Source: Bacilli bacterium
Lineage (GTDB): Bacteria > Bacillota_I > Bacilli_A > RF39 > UBA660
Direction: 5' to 3'
Length of the DNA: 64,000 bases
Assembly (NCBI GenBank): GCA_017460175.1
Contig: JAFUBO010000005.1
Span: forward strand, 21,082 to 85,081
Shown: positions 19,588 through 28,564 of the stretch, in pieces
How the letters are laid out: every line of letters begins with the position of its first letter
Position numbering within the stretch: position 1 is the first letter of the stretch
The notes under the pieces: generated by a model
Database searches by the model: none
What the model was told of the DNA's origin: nothing
What the model saw: the letters and a program-made list of their open reading frames with translations, nothing else
Made by a program: the position numbers and the translations under genes

Positions 19588-20136
19588 ATGAAGATAAAAT
19601 GGATGAAGTATAATAGAAAAAAAGTATTCATGTTCTTATCTCTTTTTTTGATATTATTTGGATTAACTTTTGGATATGCATCATTGACTACTAAAATTTC
19701 AATAGATGGTATTTCTAATGTAAAGGATGCTAAATGGAGTTTAAAATTTGATAATTTTAGTTCTATAGATGGTAGTGTTAGTCCATTGGAAGAACCAATA
19801 ATTGCAGATACAAGTGTGACTTTTTCAGCTAAAGTAAATGAACCAGGTGATTTTTATGGATTTACAGTGGATGTAGTAAATGAAGGAACAATAAATGCAA
19901 AAATAGGCAGTATTTCAATAACTCCTGATTTTTCAAATATAGATTATATAGATTCATTTATTGAATATTATGATGGTACTCCTATTTCGGTTAGTGATAC
20001 TTTAGATGCAGGAGAAACTAAAAAAATAAAAGTTTATTTAAAATATAAAGAAGGAATAGATGAGGATTTGTATCCAACAGAAAATCAACAGTTTCCTGTA
20101 ACAATTTCCCTAAAATATATTCAAGATATTAGCTAA
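19588..20136 (+). CDS. TasA/camelysin-like secreted protein with SipW-cognate-type N-terminal signal (paralog 1)
   Basis: N-terminus: basic stretch, TM helix, then GYASLTTKISIDG. Compare the TasA/CalY GTFAYFSD motif. The core EPGDFYGFTVDVVNEGTINAKI resembles the TasA PGDKLTKDFQFENNGSLAIK stretch. Ends ...YDGTPISVSDTLDAGETKKIKVYLKYKEG. Confidence 0.55.
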   Translation: MKIKWMKYNRKKVFMFLSLFLILFGLTFGYASLTTKISIDGISNVKDAKWSLKFDNFSSIDGSVSPLEEPIIADTSVTFSAKVNEPGDFYGFTVDVVNEGTINAKIGSISITPDFSNIDYIDSFIEYYDGTPISVSDTLDAGETKKIKVYLKYKEGIDEDLYPTENQQFPVTISLKYIQDIS

Positions 20137-20229
20137 GTATTATAATGAGTAATGTAAATAATAAAAAGAATAGATTTCTATTCTTTTCTTATTATGTATG
20201 ATATTATATATTTATAGTTGGAGGTAGTT

Positions 20230-20925
20230 ATGATAGTTATAGGTATTCCATTGAGATATGCACATTTAGAAGATGGAAGATGTATTTTATATTTGAGCGA
20301 GACAGTTCGAAGAACATTTCAAAGTGCAGGAGCATTAATATTACCGATAGTACAGGTACAGGATGTTAATTATGCTGACACTAGATATAATGAGTTTAAT
20401 GAATTAACAGATAAAGAAAAAGAAAATATTGATAAATATTTAAATATGGTTGATGGGGTGATATTACCTGGTGGATTTAAAATTACTCCTTTTGATGAAT
20501 ATGTATTAGAAAGATGTATTGAACGTGATATTCCAACTCTTGGAATTTGCTTGGGTATGCAGTTAATGAGTTGTTATAAAGAAGAATTTAAGGTTTTAGA
20601 AAATAATTCATTCATAAATCATAAACAAGAAAATGACGATGATCTTAGTCATAGTGTTATTGTGAACAAAGATTCTTATTTATATAAGATACTTGAAAAG
20701 GATGAAATTATGGTAAATAGTTTTCATAGATATCATGTTAGTGAGAATAGTTATTTTAATGTTTCTAGTAGAAGTGAAGATAATTATATAGAGGCAATTG
20801 AAATGAAAAATAAAAAATTTATTATGGGTGTTCAATGGCATCCTGAAATTAGTTATAATTTTGATGATAATTCTAAAAAAATTATCGATTATTTTATTAA
20901 TATATGTAAAGAAAGTGACAATTAA
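20230..20925 (+). CDS. class I glutamine amidotransferase-like hydrolase (peptidase C26, gamma-glutamyl-GABA hydrolase PuuD-like)
   Basis: GILPGG, nucleophile elbow LGICLGMQLM, and the His motif GVQWHPE. ATG at 20230 lies 5 nt after ggagg. The track begins at a TTG at 20218. Confidence 0.75.
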   Translation: MIVIGIPLRYAHLEDGRCILYLSETVRRTFQSAGALILPIVQVQDVNYADTRYNEFNELTDKEKENIDKYLNMVDGVILPGGFKITPFDEYVLERCIERDIPTLGICLGMQLMSCYKEEFKVLENNSFINHKQENDDDLSHSVIVNKDSYLYKILEKDEIMVNSFHRYHVSENSYFNVSSRSEDNYIEAIEMKNKKFIMGVQWHPEISYNFDDNSKKIIDYFINICKESDN

Positions 20926-20996
20926 TTTATACGTGATATTCATTTAACATATTATGTGTGTTATAATTTTTTTTATAGGATAGGAGTTGTTTATTA

Positions 20997-21731
20997 ATGG
21001 AAAATCAAGAACAAGTTTATAATAAACAAAAAAAAGGAAAAGATAAAAAAACAATAGTATTAATGGTTTTGTTACTATTATTAGTAACAGTAACAATAGG
21101 GTATGCAATATTATCTACAACAATAAAAATTAATGGGTCATCTACAATTCAACCAATTGCGAAATGGTGTATAGGTCCAAAGTGTGCGATTGAAGGTCAA
21201 GATGAATGTACTGATATTTCTAGTTGTAGTAATCCACCTGTGGAATGTCCAGCAAACGAAAAGTGTACAATTTTAGATTGTGATGCTAATCCAAATTCAT
21301 GTGATAATATTCCTGATCCAGAATATTGTGAAGATCAAAATAATTGTGATACAGGTTCTGTAATTTGGATGGAAGGAGATACAATTTATTTTAAACATAT
21401 TTTAGCTAAACCAGGGGATACTTTTATATTTTATGTTAAATATAATAATGGTGGTAATATAGATGCAAAGGTTAAAGATGTAGCTAAAAGTGCTTTAAAT
21501 GCTACTGCTCAAAGGTTTATGACTTATGATGTTACATATAACGATGGTAGTACTATTTCTCAAAATGATATATTAGCTGCAGGTGAAACTGCGATATTTA
21601 AAGTAACTGTAACATATAAATCTACTATTACAACTTTACCAACTGATGCGGAAATTGCACTTATAAATGAAATAGAAGATGGTCATACAGGTGCTACTTC
21701 ATTATTTACAGTTAATTATGAACAAAAGTGA
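20997..21731 (+). CDS. TasA/camelysin-like secreted protein with a 60-aa cysteine-rich insert (paralog 2)
   Basis: Same N-terminal motif (TIGYAILSTTIKINGSSTI), then a 10-Cys low-complexity module, then the KPGDTFIFYVKYNNGGNIDAKV and YDVTYNDGSTISQNDILAAGETAIFKVTVTYK core. Confidence 0.55.
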   Translation: MENQEQVYNKQKKGKDKKTIVLMVLLLLLVTVTIGYAILSTTIKINGSSTIQPIAKWCIGPKCAIEGQDECTDISSCSNPPVECPANEKCTILDCDANPNSCDNIPDPEYCEDQNNCDTGSVIWMEGDTIYFKHILAKPGDTFIFYVKYNNGGNIDAKVKDVAKSALNATAQRFMTYDVTYNDGSTISQNDILAAGETAIFKVTVTYKSTITTLPTDAEIALINEIEDGHTGATSLFTVNYEQK

Positions 21732-21783
21732 GACTAGATTTCTAGCCTTTTTTTTGTATAATAAAACGCAATTAGGTGATTTT

Positions 21784-22692
21784 ATGACTAAAAAAGAACT
21801 TCAAAAACTTATTGAATATACTAGTATAAGTGGTGGTTTAAATAATAATTTTTGTAATTATTCTAAATTATATAGTATGACTACTGAAAATATATATGGT
21901 TTTTTAAGTAAATATAATTTAAAAAATAAAAAAATTTTAACAGTAGCAGGTAGCGGAGATCAAAGATTAAATTGTTATTCTTTAGGAGCAGATGAGGTTA
22001 CTTGTTTTGATATTAATTTATTAAGTCATTTTCAATTACAATTAAAGGATGAAGCAATTAAACATTTAAATTATAATGAGTTCTTGGATTTTTTTGGTAT
22101 TATAAGAGACAATACTAATAATTTTTTAAAAGATGATTTGTTTGATAAAATTAAAGTTTATTTAAACGATGATGTATATGGTTTTTATAATTTTTTAATT
22201 AATGAATTTAGAAGAGATCCGTTAAGAAATATTTATTATGATTTTGATAATGATTTAAAATTAATAAAAAAAATAAATCATTATATTAATGAAGATAATT
22301 ATTATGATTTGTCACATTCGCTTAATAATAAGCAAAATATGTTTATTGAAGCTAATGTTGATAATTTACCTGAAATCTTAGATGGTGAGAAGTTTGATAT
22401 GATTTTGTTATCTAATATTAGTGATTACATACATTATATTTATAGTGATAATAACTTAGAAAGATATAGAGAATTAATTGATAAATTAATAGGTAATTTA
22501 AATTTATATGGAATTATTCAAGTTGGTTATATTTATTCTAGATATAGTAAGGGTGAAGATGTCAGTAAGTTTCATTTTAATGAAATTAGAAATAAGGTAT
22601 TTCCAAATGATATTTTTCATAGTATATTTGTAGATTCTTATTATAATGATGGTACATATGATAAAGTAATTACTTATCAAAAATTAAAATAG
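21784..22692 (+). CDS. hypothetical protein with possible Rossmann SAM-methyltransferase-like motif
   Basis: ATG at 21784 follows aggtga. The track ORF begins further upstream, overlapping the previous gene. ILTVAGSGDQ resembles MTase motif I and CFDIN resembles motif II. Weak evidence. Confidence 0.4.
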   Translation: MTKKELQKLIEYTSISGGLNNNFCNYSKLYSMTTENIYGFLSKYNLKNKKILTVAGSGDQRLNCYSLGADEVTCFDINLLSHFQLQLKDEAIKHLNYNEFLDFFGIIRDNTNNFLKDDLFDKIKVYLNDDVYGFYNFLINEFRRDPLRNIYYDFDNDLKLIKKINHYINEDNYYDLSHSLNNKQNMFIEANVDNLPEILDGEKFDMILLSNISDYIHYIYSDNNLERYRELIDKLIGNLNLYGIIQVGYIYSRYSKGEDVSKFHFNEIRNKVFPNDIFHSIFVDSYYNDGTYDKVITYQKLK

Positions 22693-22703
22693 TAAAAAAA
22701 GTG

Positions 22704-22732
22704 TTGACAAATAAGGGGTTTTAGCATAAAAT
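22704..22732 (+). promoter_or_regulatory. consensus sigma-A promoter (TTGACA-17-TAAAAT) of the infC-rpmI-rplT operon
   Basis: ttgaca at 22704-22709, tataat-like taaaat at 22727-22732. Confidence 0.55.
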
Positions 22733-22874
22733 ATTACTAGTCAAGAAAAAAGGAAAGAGATTTATATCCACCTGATCTGCGAATAGCGATAGGTAAAAAG
22801 CCGAAAATAAAATATATTTATTTTAATTATGGTTTTTAAGTGGATATAAATTTTATATCTGCTTTTCTTATTTT
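22733..22874 (+). promoter_or_regulatory. structured infC leader (candidate L20-responsive attenuator)
   Basis: Perfect 12-bp long-range inverted repeat: atttatatccac at 22760-22771 pairs with gtggatataaat at 22850-22861, enclosing about 78 nt, just upstream of the infC RBS. Firmicute infC operons are autoregulated by L20 through leader RNA structures. Confidence 0.4.
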
Positions 22875-23420
22875 ATGGAGGTGTTAGATATCGCAAAAGA
22901 TAATAATAACATGTTGATCAATGATCAAATTAAGGTTCCTGAAGTATTAGTAATTGGACCTAATGGTGAGCAAGTAGGAGTTAAATCAATTAATGATGCA
23001 TTAACTTTGGCTAGTTATGCAGCACTTGATTTAGTTTTAATAAGCCCAAATGCAAATCCGCCAGTTTGTAAAGTAATGGATTATAATAAATTCCGTTATG
23101 AAAAACAAAAAAAGGCTAAAGAAGCTTTGAAGAAACAAAAGGCTACTATGTCAGAACTTAAAGAGTATCGTTTATCACCAGTTATTGATGTTGGAGATTT
23201 TGAAACAAAATTAAGAAATGCAACTAAGTATCTAGAAAAGGGAGATAGAATTAAACTTACAATTCGTTTTAAGGGTCGTCAAATGGCTCATACAGAATTA
23301 GGTATGGAAGTTCTTGAACGCTTTGCCGACAGAGTTAAAGATTATGCAGATATAGAACAAAGTCCTAAGTTAGATGGTAGAACTATGACTTGTGTTTTAG
23401 TACCAAAGAAAGACAAATAA
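22875..23420 (+). CDS. infC: translation initiation factor IF-3
   Basis: MLINDQIKVPEVLVIGPNGEQVGV...ALTLA...LDLVLISPNANPPVCKVMDY.KF.YE is colinear with IF3. The exact start is uncertain, as IF3 genes often use non-AUG starts. Confidence 0.85.
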   Translation: MEVLDIAKDNNNMLINDQIKVPEVLVIGPNGEQVGVKSINDALTLASYAALDLVLISPNANPPVCKVMDYNKFRYEKQKKAKEALKKQKATMSELKEYRLSPVIDVGDFETKLRNATKYLEKGDRIKLTIRFKGRQMAHTELGMEVLERFADRVKDYADIEQSPKLDGRTMTCVLVPKKDK

Positions 23421-23439
23421 ATTTAAGGAGGAGTTAAAT

Positions 23440-23625
23440 ATGCCAAAAATTAAGACACATAAAGGTACAGCTAAAGTATGTACTAAAAGAAAAAATGATA
23501 TAAAAATTGGAAAACCAGGTAGTAGACATAATACTGGTAGTAAAAGTGCAAGCTTCAATAGAAGTTTTAGAAAGGGATCAAGCATAAGTAAAGCTGATCA
23601 AAATAGATTAAAAAATATAATCTAA
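23440..23625 (+). CDS. rpmI: 50S ribosomal protein L35
   Basis: MPKIKTHKGTAK... is basic, about 61 aa, and sits between infC and rplT. Confidence 0.8.
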   Translation: MPKIKTHKGTAKVCTKRKNDIKIGKPGSRHNTGSKSASFNRSFRKGSSISKADQNRLKNII

Positions 23626-23649
23626 TAAATTTTGAAGGAGGAATAAAAC

Positions 23650-24252
23650 ATGGCAAGAGTAAAGAATGGAGCAGTTACAAAAGCTCGTCATAAAAAAGTT
23701 TTAAAAGAAGCTAAAGGTTACTTTGGTAGTAAGCATAGATTATATAAAACAGCAAAAGAACAATTAATGCACTCTGGACAATATGCATTCAGAGATAGAA
23801 AACAAAAGAAAAGAGATTTCAGAAAATTATGGATTACAAGAATCAATGCTGCTTGTAGACAAAATGATATTTCTTATTCAAGATTTATTGAAGGTTTAAC
23901 AAAAGCAGGAGTTGAAGTTAATAGAAAGATGCTAAGTGAAATCGCTATTAATGATCCAAAAGCATTTAGTAATTTAGTAAAAACTGCTAAAGATGGTAAG
24001 GCTGGAAAAATCAAACCAGCTACTGAAGTTACTGGAAATGAAGTAACTATTGGTGCTAAAAAAGCTACAACAGTAAAAAAAGCAGAAGTAAAAGATGATA
24101 AAAAAGAAGTAAAGAAAACAACAACAAAGAAAACTACAACAGCAAAGAAAGAAGTTAAAGAAGAAAAGAAAACAACAACTAAAAAAACAACAAGTACTGC
24201 TAAAAAGACAACAACAACTAAAAAAGCAAGTACTACTAAAAAGGAAAAATAG
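23650..24252 (+). CDS. rplT: 50S ribosomal protein L20 with ~80-aa Lys/Thr-rich C-terminal extension
   Basis: [24 protein letters not shown]...[33 protein letters not shown] matches canonical L20 for about 118 aa. The tail is [13 protein letters not shown]... repeats. Confidence 0.85.
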   Translation: MARVKNGAVTKARHKKVLKEAKGYFGSKHRLYKTAKEQLMHSGQYAFRDRKQKKRDFRKLWITRINAACRQNDISYSRFIEGLTKAGVEVNRKMLSEIAINDPKAFSNLVKTAKDGKAGKIKPATEVTGNEVTIGAKKATTVKKAEVKDDKKEVKKTTTKKTTTAKKEVKEEKKTTTKKTTSTAKKTTTTKKASTTKKEK

Positions 24253-24346
24253 AAATAAACATACTAATGAATTGACTAGTCTAGTGCCTAAGGGTGATTA
24301 GTTTTAGAAATTAGTAGATGATTAAAACGAAAAGGAGAATTAAAAA

Positions 24347-25339
24347 ATGACTGTTATATCAATGAATTATTTATTAGAAGCTGGTGTTCAATTTGGACAT
24401 CAAAAAAGAAGATGGAATCCAAAAATGAAGGAATATATCTTCACTACAAGAGATGATATTTATATTATCGATTTACAAAAAACTGTAAAAAAATTAGAAG
24501 AAGCTTATGAAGCTTTAAAAGAAATTGCTCAAAATGAAGGAAAAGTATTATTTGTAGGTACTAAGAAACAAGCTCAAGAAGCTGCTGAAGAATGTGCTAC
24601 AAGAACTAACATGTATTTTGTTAATGAAAGATGGTTAGGTGGAACTTTAACTAACTTCAAAACTATTCGTTCTAGAATTAGAAGAATGGAAGAAATCGAA
24701 AAAATGGAAACTGATGGAACTTTCGAAGCTTTACCAAAGAAAGAAGTAATTGGTTTAAAGAAGGAATATGAAAAATTAAATAAAAACTTAAGAGGAATTC
24801 GTGAAATGAAAAGAATGCCTCAAGCAATGATAATTGTAGATCCTCGTAAAGAAGAAATTGCAATTAAAGAAGCTCGTATTTTAGGTATCCCAGTATTTGG
24901 TGTAGTTGATACAAACTGTGATCCAGATATGGTTGATTATGTTATTCCAGGTAATGATGATGCAGTTAGATCTGTTAAATTGTTAATTGGTGCTTTAACT
25001 AATGCAATTGCTGAAGTTAATGGTAATGAAGTAATTGATTATATTAGTGAAGATGATAAAAATGTTAAAGAAGAAGTAGTTGCAAAAGAAGAAGTAAAAG
25101 AAGAAAAGAAAACAACTAAGAAAGTAGAAAAAGAAGTAAAAGAGGATAAAAAAGTAGAAAAAGCTCCTAAAGAAGAAGTTAAAGAAGAGAAAAAAGAAAC
25201 TAAAAAAGTAGCTAAAAAAGTAGAAGAAGATTTAAGTTCATTAACATTAGCTGATTTAAAGGCAAAAGCAAAAGAAGCAGGAATTAAAGGATATTCTACA
25301 ATGAAAAAAGCTGAATTAGTTGAAGCTTTAACTAAATAG
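24347..25339 (+). CDS. rpsB: 30S ribosomal protein S2 with K/E-rich C-terminal extension ending in a Rho_N/SAP-like helix motif
   Basis: [30 protein letters not shown] and VVDTNCDPD match S2. The extra ~90 aa are a KEEVKEEKK low-complexity region followed by [30 protein letters not shown]. Confidence 0.9.
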   Translation: MTVISMNYLLEAGVQFGHQKRRWNPKMKEYIFTTRDDIYIIDLQKTVKKLEEAYEALKEIAQNEGKVLFVGTKKQAQEAAEECATRTNMYFVNERWLGGTLTNFKTIRSRIRRMEEIEKMETDGTFEALPKKEVIGLKKEYEKLNKNLRGIREMKRMPQAMIIVDPRKEEIAIKEARILGIPVFGVVDTNCDPDMVDYVIPGNDDAVRSVKLLIGALTNAIAEVNGNEVIDYISEDDKNVKEEVVAKEEVKEEKKTTKKVEKEVKEDKKVEKAPKEEVKEEKKETKKVAKKVEEDLSSLTLADLKAKAKEAGIKGYSTMKKAELVEALTK

Positions 25340-25351
25340 TAAATCAAAAAA

Positions 25352-25379
25352 GGAGTGAATTTATTCATTCCTTTTTTTT
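25352..25379 (+). terminator. rho-independent terminator after rpsB
   Basis: ggagtgaat-tt-attcattcc hairpin followed by T8. Confidence 0.6.
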
Positions 25380-25422
25380 AAAAATTATTATATAATTATT
25401 AGGAAAAGAATGGAGGATAAAT

Positions 25423-26316
25423 ATGTTTAGTGCAAGTGATGTAAAAGAATTAAGAGAAAAAACTGGTGCAGGAATGATGGATTGTAAAAAAGCATTAGAT
25501 GCCTGCGAAGGAAATATGGAAAAGGCAGTTGACTGGTTAAGAGAAAAGGGTATTGCTAAAGCAGCTAAGAAAGAATCAAGAATTGCTGCTGAAGGAATTA
25601 CTGAAGTATTAGAAAATGGTAATGAAGCAATTATCCTTGAAGTTAACTGTGAAACAGATTTCGTTACTAAAAATGAAAAATTTACAGATTTAGTAAAAGA
25701 AATTAGAGATACTTTAATGAGTAGTAAAGCTAATACAACAGAAGAAGCTAAAGAAGTTAAATTAGCTAATGGTAAAACTGTTGAAGAAGCTATCGTTGAA
25801 GCTACTGCTACAATCGGAGAAAAAATTTCATTCAGAAGATTCGAAAGAATTACTAAGAATGATGATGAAGTATTCGGAATTTACTCTCATATGGGTGGAA
25901 AAATTACTGTAGTAGTTGTTGTAAAAGGATCAGATAAAGATGTAGCTAGAGATATAGCTATGCAAGCATGTGCTATGAGCCCAATTGCTGTAAATCGTGA
26001 TAATGTTCCAGCTGAAATGGTAGAACATGAAAAAGAAATGATTTTGGCTGAAATTAAGAATGATCCTAAGAATGAATCTAAATCAGAAGAAATCTTAGAT
26101 AAGATGGCTACTGGTAGATTATCTAAATTCTTTAAAGAAAATTGTTTAGTAGAACAAGATTTTATTAAAGATTCATCAATGACTGTAGCTAAATATGCTG
26201 AAGCAAATGGATGCGAAGTTTTAAGTATGGTAAGATATGCTGTTGGTGAAGGTATTGAAAAACGTCAAGAAAACTTTGCTGAAGAAGTAGCTGCACAAAT
26301 GAATGCTGTTAATTAA
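25423..26316 (+). CDS. tsf: elongation factor Ts
   Basis: VKELREKTGAGMMDCKKAL, KKAAKKESR.AAEG, and ILEVNCETDFV match EF-Ts. Confidence 0.9.
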   Translation: MFSASDVKELREKTGAGMMDCKKALDACEGNMEKAVDWLREKGIAKAAKKESRIAAEGITEVLENGNEAIILEVNCETDFVTKNEKFTDLVKEIRDTLMSSKANTTEEAKEVKLANGKTVEEAIVEATATIGEKISFRRFERITKNDDEVFGIYSHMGGKITVVVVVKGSDKDVARDIAMQACAMSPIAVNRDNVPAEMVEHEKEMILAEIKNDPKNESKSEEILDKMATGRLSKFFKENCLVEQDFIKDSSMTVAKYAEANGCEVLSMVRYAVGEGIEKRQENFAEEVAAQMNAVN

Positions 26317-26386
26317 AAAAGAAAGAAAAATCTTTCTTTTTTTTTGGTTTTCTAATATACTTAATATATATAATAGAGGTGGATAT

Positions 26387-28483
26387 ATGAAGACAAATGA
26401 TGAAGAAAAAATAGATAAACAAATACAAAGTATTAAAGATATAGAAAATAAAATGAAAAAAAAGAAAGATAGTCAAGAGATTATAATAGATAAAAAATAT
26501 AAGTATGATGATATTAGTGATGGAGATACTATAAAAATTGATAAGATAGAAGAAGTAAATGAAATAAGCGATGAAAAAACAAAAGAATTAGAAGTTGTTT
26601 CAGGTGATTTAAATACAGAAATAGAGGAAGATAAAGATAATGCTTTAGAAGAGAAAATAGATAAAAATGATAAAAAGAAAAATCGATTACCAATATTTAT
26701 AATAACAGGAGTTATTCTATTAATATTAATTATTATTTTAATAATAGTATTAATTCCAAAGAAAGAGGAAAAAAAGCAAAGTGTTAGTAAAAAACTAAGT
26801 AAGAATGAACAAAAAGAAATTATTAAAGGTTATGGAGATGCTTTAAAAGGAATATTTGCGGTTTATTATGAAAAACAAAATGTAATGTTGGAATATAATG
26901 ATGCTATTAAATTAGTTGATTATGATTATAAAGTTAAATGTCGTGTACATGAAGTATATGAAGATGGATCTATTTATTTAAACAATTGTAGTATTAATAA
27001 TAAAAATACGAAGTATTCTTATGGAAAAAAACAAGAAAAAGAAGAAAAGAAAATTAGTGATGATGCGATTAAAGTTTATGTTTCTAAAAAGAATGGTAAT
27101 ATAGTATTAAATAAACCTAATAATATAGATGATTATGATATATATAGTTTTGAAATAGATGGTAAATATAGTGATTTGACATTACTTGGTAATAATAGTG
27201 ATTATATCTTTTATACTGATGAGAATTACAATGTTCATATGATTAATTTTAAAACTGGTAAAAAAGTACTTGATTATTTAAATTATGCTTCTGTTTTACC
27301 TATTAAAACGAATGGTAATTATGATACAAAATATATTGCTATAAAAATGAATGACAAATGGGGAATTTATAATATTAGTAATAATGAGAGGGTAGTATCT
27401 CATAAATATGATAGTGTTACTCCAACACTTTCAATGGGTGTTAGTGGCCCAGCAGTAGAAGTTAATACCTTAGATGATGGTGTTATTGCTGTAGTTAATT
27501 ATGCAAAATCAAGTGATAGTATTTCTCAATATGGAGTTATTAATTATCGTACTGGTGAAGAGATAATTAAACAAGAATATAAACAAATGTTAAAATCAGG
27601 TAATTATATATGGTCAATAGACAATTATGATGGTGGACACATATTTGATTATAAAGGAGAGGAATATTTAAATAATTATAATAAAATTTATTGGGCTGTA
27701 GATGGAAAATATATATTAGTTAATGATAATGATGACATAAAAGTGATTTCTATAAAAGGAAAAGAGTTATATAATTATGGTAAATTAAAATTAGGTAATA
27801 TTAATTATGGTATATCTTATAATAATGGAGCTTTATATCAATTTAGTAATCCAAATGAAAGTGGAAATAATAATTGTATTGAATTGATATATGATTCGGT
27901 AGAGAAAAAAGGTGAAGTTAAAGATGTAATGTGTGGAGGAATAGCTAAACCAATACTTTATTTATACCCAAAGAAAACTACTAAAGTGACTGTTAGTTTT
28001 GAACATCCAGAATATTTACAAACAACATATCCAAAGTTTGATGGTAAATGGGAAGTTAAAGCTCACAGTAACGGTGATTTATATGATAATAATGGAGCTT
28101 ATTACTATGCACTTTATTGGGATGAAGCTAAAATTCATAATGTTGATTTTAGCGAGGGATATTATGTTACTAAAGAAGATGCAATTGATTTCTTAGAAAA
28201 GAAATTGGCATATATTGGTTTATCTAGGAAAGAGGCTAATGAATTTATAATGTACTGGTTACCAATATTAGAAAAAAATGAAAAAAATTTGGTATATTTT
28301 GAATTAACAGAAGAAAGAGAAAGTTATAATAAAATTAATATTAATCCAAAACCAGATTCATTATTAAGATTGGTTATTCATATTAAAAAGGTAGATAAGA
28401 AAGTTGAAATTTCTAAACAAAATTTAATAAAATTTCAAAGAAAAGGTTTTGTTGCTGTTGAATGGGGAGGTACAGTTTATTAA
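26387..28483 (+). CDS. large single-pass membrane protein of unknown function (acidic cytoplasmic N-terminus, ~550-aa extracytoplasmic Tyr/Asn/Gly-rich domain)
   Basis: ATG at 26387 follows gaggtgg. TM helix LPIFIITGVILLILIIILIIVLI. No family recognised. Occupies the position where pyrH normally sits between tsf and frr. Confidence 0.55.
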   Translation: MKTNDEEKIDKQIQSIKDIENKMKKKKDSQEIIIDKKYKYDDISDGDTIKIDKIEEVNEISDEKTKELEVVSGDLNTEIEEDKDNALEEKIDKNDKKKNRLPIFIITGVILLILIIILIIVLIPKKEEKKQSVSKKLSKNEQKEIIKGYGDALKGIFAVYYEKQNVMLEYNDAIKLVDYDYKVKCRVHEVYEDGSIYLNNCSINNKNTKYSYGKKQEKEEKKISDDAIKVYVSKKNGNIVLNKPNNIDDYDIYSFEIDGKYSDLTLLGNNSDYIFYTDENYNVHMINFKTGKKVLDYLNYASVLPIKTNGNYDTKYIAIKMNDKWGIYNISNNERVVSHKYDSVTPTLSMGVSGPAVEVNTLDDGVIAVVNYAKSSDSISQYGVINYRTGEEIIKQEYKQMLKSGNYIWSIDNYDGGHIFDYKGEEYLNNYNKIYWAVDGKYILVNDNDDIKVISIKGKELYNYGKLKLGNINYGISYNNGALYQFSNPNESGNNNCIELIYDSVEKKGEVKDVMCGGIAKPILYLYPKKTTKVTVSFEHPEYLQTTYPKFDGKWEVKAHSNGDLYDNNGAYYYALYWDEAKIHNVDFSEGYYVTKEDAIDFLEKKLAYIGLSRKEANEFIMYWLPILEKNEKNLVYFELTEERESYNKININPKPDSLLRLVIHIKKVDKKVEISKQNLIKFQRKGFVAVEWGGTVY

Positions 28484-28490
28484 AAAAAAT

Positions 28491-28521
28491 AACAAGTAGT
28501 AAAATACTACTTGTTTTTTTT
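28491..28521 (+). terminator. rho-independent terminator
   Basis: aacaagtagtaaaatactacttgtt hairpin followed by T8. Confidence 0.65.
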
Positions 28522-28564
28522 CAAATTTTTGATATAATATAGTCGCATATAAGGGGATGAGTAT

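Noticed and set aside
24678-25368. Minus-strand ORFs 24678-24863 and 25039-25368
   Set aside because: Antisense to rpsB, whose identity is unambiguous.
27999-28196. Plus-strand 65-aa ORF
   Set aside because: Alternative frame inside the 26387-28483 CDS.
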